A DNA stretch of 63,258 nucleotides, filler included, from Sphacelaria rigidula (Eukaryota): NCBI GenBank assembly GCA_964200075.2. It is 11 parts of 11 records of this genome, joined end to end, with 100 filler letters (N's around TTAATTAATTAA, not from the genome) between each part and the next. Parts side by side here need not be neighbours in the genome. Positions count along the whole stretch, not along the records: positions 51,841 to 57,499 come from CAXNAA020025479.1; positions 57,600 to 63,258 come from CAXNAA020025480.1; 9 more parts are not named here. One strand, written 5' to 3'. Both the position numbers and the translations under genes were made by a program. Shown piece by piece: positions 52,752 to 63,258 of this stretch. The notes beneath the pieces were generated by a model. The model saw only the letters and a program-made list of their open reading frames with translations. It did no database searches and was not told where the DNA came from. How positions within the stretch are numbered: position 1 is the stretch's first letter; each line of letters starts with the position of its first letter.

Positions 52752-55700
52752 CCGTTTGCCATGATGACGCCCAGACCAGGCACTCTTCCTTTGTCGTTTT
52801 TTTCCGAAAGGGCAGTGACGCGATCCTTGACCTGCTGGCGGATGACCTTAGCGGCTAACTTTCCATTCAGCGGAAGGGCTGGGACTCCCACCTCCCGCAC
52901 CATATGAGTTGGCGTCGTGCCGAGGGAGGGGCTCTGCGCATATAGACGAAGTTCGCAGGAGGGAAAGACAGCAGAGCGGGGGAGATGTGATAGGAAGGCT
53001 GGCTGTGTTGCCTCATCCAGGCGTGAAAAGAGGGATTCTGATGTCGGAAGGCGCCGTGTAGATGTGTTTATGGCACGCAACGTGGGAGTAAAAACTAAGA
53101 GTTCGCACTGCCACGTGCCATCGGAAGTGGGTGTGATGCGTGAGACGACCGCGTGCTTAGAGGACGGCATCGGACTTTGAACATGCCTATGGTTAGGGTT
53201 AGGGCTAGGGTTAGTGTTAGTGTTGGGGTCAGGGGCGGGGTTCCTGCACGGACTGGCCCGTTTGGTTTCGGAAAACATCGATCGTCAATTGTTTCGAGCC
53301 ACGGCGCGGTCCTCTAAGCATGCGGTCCCCTCACGCACCACAGGGGTGTCATGTATGGTTGCTTGCACCCCCAATGCACGCAATAATCGCACCTGCATGC
53401 TAGTATTCAGCTTCCACCCCTACGTCGGTCGTTATTTTCAGGGTTCGTTAAGTTACACGTTACACATTACGTCACACATGTGACGTATGACACATTATAC
53501 GTTACGTCACGTCACAATTTATGACGTATGCAATTGTACGTTACGTCACGTCACATTTTGTTTCGGGTACATTACGGTACGTGACACTTGCGACGTATTA
53601 AAGAGTTATACTTTACGTTACGTCACAGTAACGTATTTTGAAACGTTTCCCGTAACGTGTAACGTATTTAATACGTTACACGTCGGAAAAAAGGATACAC
53701 GTCACTATGAACGTTACACGTAACAATGAAAGTTACACGTCACATTACTATACGTTTGTGACGTCTGAATGAACATCACAAATGTCACACGCTCAAGTTG
53801 TACCACAATTAGTGTGAGATTAGCATATGTGATACTCGCATGATATGATACATAGACTCAAGAAGAGTGTGCGTACTTCATCATGATACCCACGCGATGT
53901 GAGCGCAAGTTCAGCGCCACGGCAGCATGCACCGACACACCCGACCATAGAACATAGAACAAGCGAATATCGGAATCCGGAAGCACGAGTTTCGAATTTC
54001 CGACTTCGATAGCACAGACGGGGCGTGAGCGACGTGTGGTGTAACAATGCACGGGGCCCAGGATACCGTAACGATGAGCGAGCTGAAACGCTTTCGTACA
54101 TGTTGACATAGCGGGCAGAATGCGCCTCATGCTCGAACAAGGCAGCCACCGTGAACCTCCCGTACCAAGTTGCGGTACATAAAACCTTCCACCGTCGTAC
54201 GTGACGTTCATTTGCCCTCAACAGGGTCGAATTGTAAGTTCTTATTTTACGTCTCACGTCACAAACGTAACGTATATTATTCGTTTCACGTCACAATAAC
54301 GTTCCAAAATACGTTGCACGTCACAAACTTAACGATCCAAAATACGGTGCACGTCACAAACGTATAATAATGTGACGTATTGAAAAATTTATGGTGACGT
54401 GTAACGTATAGAGTACGTTACACGTTACATGAATCGTTTCTAAATAATACGTCAATGTGGGGTATAAACAAAAACGTCCCGTCACGTCACATTTGTGACG
54501 TATTGAAAAATTTAACGTTACGTAACGTCTTTTTTTTACCGGTACGTTACGTCACGTCACAGTTGTGACGTAGTCGAAAAAAATATGTTACATTATGTCA
54601 CACCCTTGCTTGTGACGTGTATCGTACGTGTAACGTGTAACGTTAAGAGCTCTGGTTATTTTGGTGATACCATTGACGTGTTTCCGAACGGCTTGACTGC
54701 TTAGAACTCCTGCTACGTGGTGCGTTGTATGCGATTGCTTGTGTGCCTGCCGCTCAGATGGCCGCTGGCACACGTAACCTTACGACAGATTATGAGTTAA
54801 TCGAGCGACATGCGTACAGCGCGAATCGGACTCTGACCACACCCCGTTTTCGCGTCGTGTAACCATTTTCAACCCGTCTATACCCTGAGATATCTGTTTT
54901 GCAACAAGGTTGGCCCTCTACGCTTGCTGTTCAACTTGCCGATAACCTAGCGACGTTCCAAAATACGCATCGTACTTCATACCTTGAAGACGAAACGACG
55001 ACGAGCGTCGTTATGCCATGGGCTGGAGAAACATTCTCGCATCTTCGACAGTTCCGATGCTCTGTACCTCTCAACCTACGTGTGGCACAGTATATCGACA
55101 TCAGTGAAAGCAAGTAGGTACGAGTCAGAGTTCGGCTGCGAGCTCTGCACAGCCTCACATGTTTCCCCAAAGTACGGGTGAATGTTGGTTAATGGAACCC
55201 ATTCGTAGGAGCACCCGAAGTCACAGCGATCGCAACAGGGTGGGGAAAAGAAAGCGAGACGTAAGTGAACGTGTCCGCCCGATCGAAGAAATGTATTCGT
55301 GGATCATAACCACGAGTGGGTGTGGATCTGGCATCATTTGTTGACTAGGTGTTGGTGTGATGGGATTCGAAGCCATCACGACGAAATGAGAGGAGCTGCA
55401 AGTCTCTATGCCATCGCGAATTTCTCACCCTTTGAAACCACGCAGTGTCTCTCTCTTGCTTCTTTGCAGCGATAATTTCCTCGGCCATACCACTTGCCAA
55501 GAGTTCCTGAGCGCGGCCTCGGATATAGCATGCCTAGTTCAATTTCGAAGAGCAGAAAAATGGTCCCGTTTTAAGGGCAGAATAGACGAGGCAGATGATC
55601 GGTCTCGCTGTCATAGGTTGCCCGCTTTTCAACTGACAGTGTCGGTGGGTATGGATTGCACTTGCGAAACAAGAGCGAAGATCTAAGTCATGGATGTTAG

Positions 55701-57499
55701 CGCCGCAACGGAGAAGGATATCAAATTTGTTTGGCCACACTCTACACCTCCCCTCCTTGGGACGAGGAACGGGCCTGGTCCGGCGAAAACCCGGTTCCCT
55801 CCTGGCTTTGTAGGGGTGCGAGGTCATAGGTGTCTTATGACTACGGCATGCAAGATCATGAGTATATCCCCCCCCCCCCCCCCCCCCCCCCCCCTCCACA
55901 GACGAGTCCGTTGTCTCAAAGAAACAAGCAATCTCTGCCCACTACAAGCCTTGCATTTCTATCTCGCAGGTTAGATCAACACTCGCGTACTGGGTTAGCG
56001 CTCGACAAACACACTTAGCCAACTACCTGTTGCTTACTCACGTACCCACGCTTTCAACGGTGAAAATCAGGTACTTCGAAGGAAAACCCAACGTTTCTGG
56101 CGGGAATCGAACCCACAGTCTCTACACCCTCATGGTGCCAGTCGGACCATTACTTACGCCACGGGGGTGCGGCGGTCTATTACACACCAAGTATTTTGAC
56201 CCGTCTTACTGTCACACATGAATGAATGACAAAAGATAAAGACGTATCCCATACTTTGCCGTCGGTTATGCTCCTCATTTTCGAGCTCGAATTTCTCGCG
56301 CATCGTTCTCCGCTTGCTTCGGAAAACACAAACAGTACAGTTTCATACCTCCTCATGGAAGGCCAAGCTTGGCGAGTAGCGCATCAAGTCGTCCACCATC
56401 CCAAGGGCTAGCGCTTGACTCGCCGTGATCGGTCGGGTGCTATCTGTGAGTTCCTTCGCTGCCTCCTTACCCATCCTTGCTTGTAAAAAGAATGACCAGT
56501 ATTCCGAACCCGTCAACTCCATGGTCTGTCAATCCACAAGTTCGCGAAGTACGAGGATCATTCTGGTGGTAGTGGAGTGGAGGGTACGTTTAGGATCGGA
56601 CAGCGCTTCGCAAAACCTGCGCGCAACGCTTCACGATTGTTTCTTCGGGTGATGTTTTGAGGGCAACCCGATGTCGCGTGAAGAAACAACCGGTCTCCAA
56701 GTTGTCCAGGCAATAAAGCTACGCGCACACAAAAAACACCTTTGTGGAGCTGTCTACTGGTCAAACCCGCGGTCGTCCTCCTGATAGCATCGATAGTCTT
56801 TGGGGCGGCGTTGTCGCGCCCTTCGTGGTAATTGTGCGCTCTTTTACGACAACGCATCTCAATGCTCAAGCGTACCTTATAGTGGGGATTGAGGATAATG
56901 TTTTCGTGAGCCCACACGAGATCGGACGACATTGCTGCCATTGCCCCGCCGGCTCCGGCATTGCCCCGCATGGCGCTGATGACGACCTTGTCCGTGATAG
57001 AGAACGCTTCCATGATCGAGTCGTTGATCGCGTTGATGTTCCTCCACGATTCCTGCATAAACGCGACATATAATACCACCGGCCGGTGATTCACGTGGCG
57101 ACGGCGGTCGATCTGTATGTGACACCAAATGTCTCTTGTATCATGTGAGCTAGAACAGTCGGCCGTATAGATGTGTTAGAGGGAGATTGTAGCGGCTTTT
57201 GTAACGCTTCTCAGTTGCCGGTATGCCGCGCTCCGACGTCCACAAGTCGACAGAGCGACATTGACATGGTGTGATATGGACGAAAAAATGAAAGCGGGAG
57301 CACTACCATGTGCTTATGTCGGATACGGTATGTCGCTACACACCGTTGCCGAATGGTGCGCGATAAAATTTGACTCATTACCATCTGGGGATCAGCGCTG
57401 GTCTCGATGACGTTGAGGTTGATCCCGTTTCCACAGCTGTGCTCATTGCCCATAAGCACCAGGGCCTTTACGTCATCTCTCTCTCCTATCTCGCGGGTA
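52752..57499 (-). CDS. hypX: Partial spliced gene: HypX/HoxX C-terminal crotonase-like domain fused to FolD-like N-terminus; exons 57499-57382, 57052-56876, 56525-56349, 55533-55429, 55075-54983, 52933-52752
   Basis: All five introns GT-AG phase 0, no stops: LVLMGNEHSCGNGINLNVIETSADPQM|ESWRNINAIND..AMRGNAGAGGAMAAMSSDLVWAHENIILNPHYK|TMELTGSEYWSF..ALGMVD..|..|YRASELSKMRECF..HNDARRRFVFK|SPSLGTTPTHM..LNGKLAAKVIRQQVKDRVTAL..VPGLGVIMANG. Confidence 0.88.
53132..53342. mobile_element. TGT...ACA MITE (copy 3), intronic
   Basis: Same TIRs and internal TTAGGG-like tract as copies at 6424 and 20947, more diverged. Confidence 0.85.
53439..54654. mobile_element. Non-autonomous hAT-type element (1216 bp), intronic, 8-bp TSD GTTATTTT
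   Basis: GTTATTTT|CAGGGTTCGTTAAGTTACACGTTACAC ... GTGTAACGTGTAACGTTAAGAGCTCTG|GTTATTTT; subterminal ACGTCAC/GTTACG arrays. Confidence 0.9.
55755..55866 (+). repeat. Dispersed short repeat (also 1-45 and reverse at 44066-44170)
   Basis: cgaggtc..ggt.tcttatgacta.ggcatgca.gatcatgagta shared between three contigs. Confidence 0.65.
56080..56168 (-). repeat. tRNA-derived SINE-like head (intronic)
   Basis: Minus strand has an A-box-like TGGCGTAAGTAATGG and a B-box GGTTCGATTCC; no convincing cloverleaf. Confidence 0.5.
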
Positions 57500-57599
57500 N
57501 NNNNNNNNNNNNNNNNNNNNNNNNNNNNNNNNNNNNNNNNNNNTTAATTAATTAANNNNNNNNNNNNNNNNNNNNNNNNNNNNNNNNNNNNNNNNNNNN

Positions 57600-58190
57600 T
57601 GGAGATCGTCTCTCAGGCACTTCAGCCAGTTTTGTTCCGGGCACCCTGGTCCTGGATCCTCCCCCCCGACAAGTGTTCCAAACGCTATTCGCTTCGGCAA
57701 TCGTCCCTCCGGTTGTCTAGCCAGGGCTCCCGCGAACAGCAGTCGTCTTTGCCGGACGATGGCTTCCGCACTTTGGCATCCGGTCTTCTTGAGGGTCTGT
57801 GCATACGACAGCTGTCGGTATGTGCCGCGCACTCGGCGGTACCCGATGAGGCGCAGGAGGAGCCGGTAGTGCACCATTCGAAGCAAGTCGTAGTGTTCGC
57901 GGCGTGGGGCCCACGTCGTGCATCCGTATAGTAGGGCCTCCATCGCCCCCGCTTTCAGCAGTCGGACCGTGAGTCCCCATTGTGCTTTCGGTCGGTCAAA
58001 GAGCTCCCGGGAGAACTTCCTAATGCACGCCCACGCTGCTCTGCTCCGATTGCTGATTTCTTGCTTGAGTTCACCCTCTTCGTTAACGAGCCCGTCCGAA
58101 TATCGGAAACTACGTATCTGGGCGTATTTCTGGCCCGATGCTTCGATGATCAGCGGTGTGAGACATATTGTGCGCGCCTTATTTCTAGAC
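57600..58190 (-). mobile_element. RTE LINE C-terminal fragment
   Basis: EASGQKY, EALLYGCTTW, RQRRLLFAGALARQPEGRLPK; homologous to 1960-2560. Confidence 0.9.
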
Positions 58191-58702
58191 GATAAGGAGT
58201 TAGCTGAGGTTAGCGATTGCTTTCCCGTGCCCGAAGGAATGTTCACACCAAGAATCAGCGTCATCCGCTGTTAGTATCATGGGGTTTCACACAGACTTCA
58301 GTGTCGAGATGATTCCCCACGTTACGGGATTACTCGACATGATGTTTAAGGGGTACTACAAACGGGGCGGTTTCCCCCCCGAAATCTTTGACTCTTTTGG
58401 GGGGGAAAACGCCCCCCCGGAAAATTTGACAAAAGCTGTCTTCACCAGGTCAGGCCATTTAAAGAAGATTTCTGACAACGTAGTGCTCCGGAAATCTAGA
58501 CTCGATTTTCTTATCCGCAGTTTTTGTGGAGAGGTCGGAAAAGACTTCATTTTTTCCCGATAAAATGTGAAAAATAGTCCCGTTAATAATTCTCCTCAAT
58601 CAAGGAACGAAACAACATTTGGCCGAGCTGTTGAGTAGATGTAGATCTGCCCCTTGTGAAGAAGATTCGACGAAATTATGGGTCACTCCAGGGGGTGCCT
58701 TC

Positions 58703-59239
58703 GCACATTAGTTTCCGATCGAAAAAGTGCGGTGGAAACAAAAATCCCGATCTGATAGGTCGTAATTTCGACCATCCTTAATTTTGAAGACGGCTGAAAT
58801 CACGACCTATCAGATCGGGATTTGTCTTTGGCCGTGTCTTAGCACATCAGTTTTCGATCGAAAAAATGCGGTGTAAAACAAAAGTCATGAACCTGATAGG
58901 CCGCGAATTCAACCATCTTCAAAAATAACGACGATGGTTGAAGTTACGACCCATCGGATCGGGATTTTCGTTTTCCACCGCACAATTTCGATCGAAAACT
59001 CGTGTGCTAAGGGCGTGTCTTTGTGAAGATGATTGAGATCACGCCCTATCCGATCGGGATTTTCGTTTTTCACCTCACAATTTCGATCGAAAAACTAATG
59101 AGCTAAGACACGGCGTAACACACGCTCTTAGCACATCATTTTCCGATCGAAAAAGTGTGGGGGAAAATAAAACTCCCGATCTGATAAGTCGTGATTTCTA
59201 CCATCTTTAAAATAAACGACGATGATTGAAATTGCGACC
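58703..59239. repeat. Array of ~85-bp modules in alternating orientation forming successive hairpins
   Basis: cttagcacat..tttcgatcgaaaaa.tgcggtg..aatcccgatctgataggtcg..accatc and its reverse complement occur about seven times. Confidence 0.8.
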
Positions 59240-62200
59240 TGTAGCCAAAGGATACCAAGCCGCAGGGTTCAGTATAAGCGCATGGATGATTGGAACAGTG
59301 GCAGGGGACAGGGGATCCTGGATTGATGGTCCTTATCTCTGTGGCCCCTTGCTGCTGGCTCGTGATGTGGTCTGTTGAGGATCACTCCGTGATAATAACA
59401 AGTGAGAAGAAAGGACTCATCGAGCAAGAGGCCAGTGCTACTGGAGGAGTCCCTCGTTGACAGTTCTCTTGTCCAGATCGTCTGGCAGAGGCTATACTAT
59501 CTAGATATTCTTGCGGGCCTCTGTTAGAGACGTTTGGCTGAGGAGAACAGTGGGCCGCAGCTGGAAGCCAGTTTAGCCCGCAGACAGAGAGACCAACTTG
59601 AGGCGCACAGCAGTGGGTGACGCTCCGTGGGCTGGAGGACGCACAAGTCAGGCAAGAGTCTCTCAGTGAAGTGCTGAATCCTAGACGACATGGCTCAAGC
59701 GGCGGCAGCGCCGCTGGTGTTAGGTGAGCCTCTAGAACTGCCAAAGTATGGCGAAGTGTTGACAGAGGAAGCCTTAAAAACGTTTTGGCCAGATATGTCG
59801 ACTATTTAGAGAGGTTGCATTTGACCAATGCATCAGGAGTCATAAGGCATGCCAGGGTGGGCATCGGACAACTTATTCCAACATATATTCACCGGTGCTT
59901 TGAAGGCATGTTCAAGGACCGTCGGACTATGACCCCCGATGAATTGCTAGGTGCTGTGAAGCAGCATGCCGGGTACACCACAACCGACGGTAAGCATGAC
60001 ACTGCGCGGGTTGCAGCAGACCTGCGTAAAGTACTTACGATGCAGCCAAGCGATGGAGCATCCGTCAAGAGTAGAGCGATGATGGTCAATTCGTCGATGG
60101 ACAAGTTCTTCGCTAAAAACCTGACGGTGCAAGCCATGCACCGTGCGGACAGGAGCTGGTTGCCAGGTCCGACCGAGTCGGTTTCCACAGCTTTGTTATA
60201 CTACATTTCGCCTCCGGAATTCAAGGCGTATGTTAGAAGCGTGCTAACGTATGTAGACGGATGGAAGAAGAACCCGACGGTGGTGTTCCACAAAATATTT
60301 GATGCCGCCGACCAGCGGAAGTTCATTCAAGCACATAGCCGGCGAGATTCTGCAACATGTGCAAGTGGTGCACGCCGTAAACAACGACAGCAACAGAAAT
60401 AGCAGCCGTCTTCGCGAGCGTCGTCCACTCGCGCGTGTTACGATTGCGGCGACAGCGGACACCTGATTAAGGACTGCCCCAAGCCTCGTACTCACGGCGC
60501 TGCTCAAGGAAATGCGCGAGATTCATCAGAATTTCGAGGCGGTCGTCACGGTGGACGGAGCCGTGCCAACCAGGGACACGGGCGCGTCGGCCGCGGTAAC
60601 AATCAATCGGCGGCGGATGGTGGTTTTTCCGCTCCTGTTTCTTCCACTACGTGACCAGGTGGTGACTCTGGAGCTTATGGGTCGTCCGTAGCGGGGCGGA
60701 CAGTGTACGTGGGAAATGCAAATACTTCGGTGGAGAGAGCTGGAGCGAATAGTTCGCAACCCCTCGGCCAGGCAGGATCCGTGTCTGGTGCATCTCCTAC
60801 TGCTGCGACGGCTGTAACATAGCCGTCTGCATATTCGTCGACTTGGTCTGGTTGGACCGACGATTCTCAGTCATCGATGTCAAGTGCTGGAGGGTAGCCC
60901 TGGCGTCAGGTGACTCTTGGTACCGACTACGGTTCTTCGGCAGGTGTAGTACCTGTCGATCGCAAGGCTGAGTGCTTACGCGCAGAATTTTCCTTGCCTG
61001 GTTCCGTAGGTTCGTTCATGGCCCGCGTGATTCTGGATTCTGGGTCCGTGCTCACATCGATCGGTGTGGGGTTGCTAGAACAAATGTCTTCGCAGTTTGG
61101 CGGCGCTCAGCTTCAGATTCCGTTCGAAAACGGACCGCAAACGACACAGACCGCCACGGGTGTTCCTGTGACGGTTACACATAAAACGGTGCCGATTACT
61201 CTTAGCGAGCGTACGCCGTGGGGGGCTGTAGAGATGCAGCCCATTACTTCCGCTGTCATGGTTCTATTCGGGATGGCGACGATGAAGGAGCTCGGGATTG
61301 ATTTGTACCCGCTGGCGTTGGATAAGTTACGCCCGAGTGCTGTGCCGGTGCAGACCGGCGTGGAGAATCCCAGCTATTTTGCTGCAAGGCGTGTGACCGT
61401 ATCCACACGGTCATTCCAGAGCGCCAATGAGGAGGAGGCTCCTGCGGATGAAGCGGTAGAGCGCTTGGTCGATCGGGGGGCCGATATATTCATGGACCCA
61501 GCGGAGGAGAGAGGTTCGAGAGAACGTGCGCTTGAGGATAGCGTGTAGCAGGCCGAGCAGAAGGGCCTGAGCGCCGATGGCGCACGTTGTCTGCGTGATA
61601 TTTTGGCTCGTCGCGTGGATACATTTCGTCGTGCGCTGCGTGGTGATCCGCCAGCGCGCGTAGAGCCCATGAGGGTAAACCTCAAGCCAGAGGCAAATAC
61701 GGTGAAGGTCAAGCCCAGACGCTATGATCCGGTGAAGACCGGGGGGCTTGCCTCATGCATCGCAGCTTTGGTGGCGTTTGGTTTAGGGGTCAGGAACATC
61801 CAGGCTGTGTGGGCGAGTCCGGCGATGACGGTGCCGAAGAGTGAAACATTTCGTTCGGTCAGCGACTATCAGGCGGTGAACGCGCAAGGGCAACAGTCTC
61901 CGGGGGTGATGCCAAGCCAAGAAGACACGCGGGAGTTGCTGGGAGCCCAATGCTTCGGTAAGTTGGACCTGCTACAAGGGTATTGGCAGATGCTCCTGGC
62001 GCCGGAGGCTCAGGATATCTCCTTACGCCTACTCGTGTCTTGCAGGGCGTGTTGAACGCCACGGCGTATTTGCAGCGTGCACTGACTGACATTTTGCGAG
62101 GTCTAGATTGTAAAGTGTGGGTGGGTGGCGTTTTCTATTTTGCTGAAACTGAAGAAGCACTGTTAGCTTTGCTTGACGAAATTCTTGGCCGCTTGGAGAG

Positions 62201-63258
62201 TGTTGGTCTGTTCGTCGCTGCGCGTGAGTGTACGTTTTTCGCCCGCGAAGTGGTTTGGTGTGGTGAGGTGTACTCCAAGGGTACTGTTTGGCATGATCCC
62301 GTCCGTATTCAAGGTTTGAGCAATAGGCGACGTCCTCAAACCGCTAGTGAGCTGATGCCGTTTATGCAGGCGGTGAATTGGTTGCGGACTTTACTTCCGC
62401 GCATGGCACAAGTAGTTGCGCCGCTTCGAGTTTTTCTGGAACAACTTATGGTCGGGGCTTCGCGTCGGACCAAGCGGGTGGCGCGTAATCGTACAATCCC
62501 GGAGGACGCTTGGACGGAGGATCGTGTGCGGGCATGGCGTGCTGCGCAAGATTTGGTGGCGCAAGTGGTGCCGCTGCATCATCCTCGTCCAGGGTGCGTT
62601 GTTCTGATGCTTCCAGATGCTTCGGATTTTCACTGGGGTAGTTTTTTGACGCAAGTGCCTGTCGCAGAGTTTAGTAGTGGCATTGCGCTCGAAAATATGT
62701 CACACAAACCGTTGGCTTTTCTGAGTGGTAGTTTCAAGGGTTCACAGTTGCGGTGGGCAATAGTGGACAAGGAAGGTTTCGCGATAGTCAATACATGTCG
62801 AAGGCTAGAGTACTTGCTTTGGAGTGGTGTTCGCATTTTCACCGACCATCGCAATCTAAAATACATCTTAATCCCGGAGAGTGCGTCACATCGGTGACGA
62901 AGGCCATGGCGCAACGGCTTGAAAATTGGAAAGGAGTACTCGGCCAATGTCGGTATGCCATTGAACACAGTCCTGGAGAGCGCAATTGTTGGGGAGATTT
63001 GTTGTCTCGCTGGGTGAAGGTTCCCACCGTGCCTGTTCGTTCTGTTGCCGTGTACAGCCCGTGTGATGCCGATTATTCGCTGCCCTCGTTAGATGCCATT
63101 CGTACCGCGCAGCGCAAAAAAATCGGCGACGGTGTTCATTCTTTTCCTACGACCTTCGGTCAAGCTACTTTGGCTGACGATGGTTTGTTTCGCGTGCGTG
63201 TTGGCAGTAGTGATGTTTTGTGGATTCCGTCGGATGATAAGGGTCTACAAACTCGCTT
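59240..63258 (+). mobile_element. Second Ty3/gypsy retrotransposon, decayed: putative 5' LTR, gag, protease, RT, RNase H
   Basis: TG start truncating the hairpin array; CCHC knuckle CYDCGDSGHLIKDC (~60435); protease ILDSGS; RT WASP, LDLLQGYWQ, QGVLNA, VWVGG (DD lost); RNase H DASDFHWG, KEGFAIV, FTDHRNL. Confidence 0.93.

Noticed and set aside
56080..56168. Possible tRNA gene
   Set aside because: A and B boxes present but acceptor and anticodon stems do not pair convincingly; treated as SINE-like.
52752..57499. Bacterial contaminant hydrogenase operon
   Set aside because: The gene has spliceosomal GT-AG introns containing repeats shared with other contigs, and there are no other hyp/hox genes.
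5662..57599. Regular ~5.76-kb periodicity and repeated TTAATTAATTAA
   Set aside because: Artefact of concatenating size-sorted contigs with a synthetic linker. Also no clustering (e.g. DNMT-gypsy with HypX) can be inferred across linkers.

Overview
Eukaryotic, repeat-rich DNA. The intron style, gene families and TE families suggest a brown alga (Phaeophyceae); this is an inference. The window is not contiguous genome. It is 11 independent contigs of 5661-5659 bp, sorted by length and joined by 100-bp N linkers containing TTAATTAATTAA (5662, 11422, 17182, 22942, 28702, 34462, 40222, 45982, 51741, 57500), so nothing can be linked across a linker. It contains decayed RTE-type LINEs, two Ty3/gypsy remnants, an intron-containing pogo/Tigger transposase, many TIR/foldback non-autonomous elements, and spliced exons of host genes (KH-domain, SEC63-like, BTAF1/MOT1-like, POMP/adhesin-like). 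Two things stand out. (1) A gypsy pol carries a full-length but catalytically divergent C5 DNA-methyltransferase-like domain between RNase H and integrase, and chromo-like plus Tudor-like domains after the integrase. (2) An apparently intact six-exon gene segment joins the C-terminal (CO-releasing) domain of the [NiFe]-hydrogenase maturation enzyme HypX/HoxX in frame to the start of a FolD-like domain.
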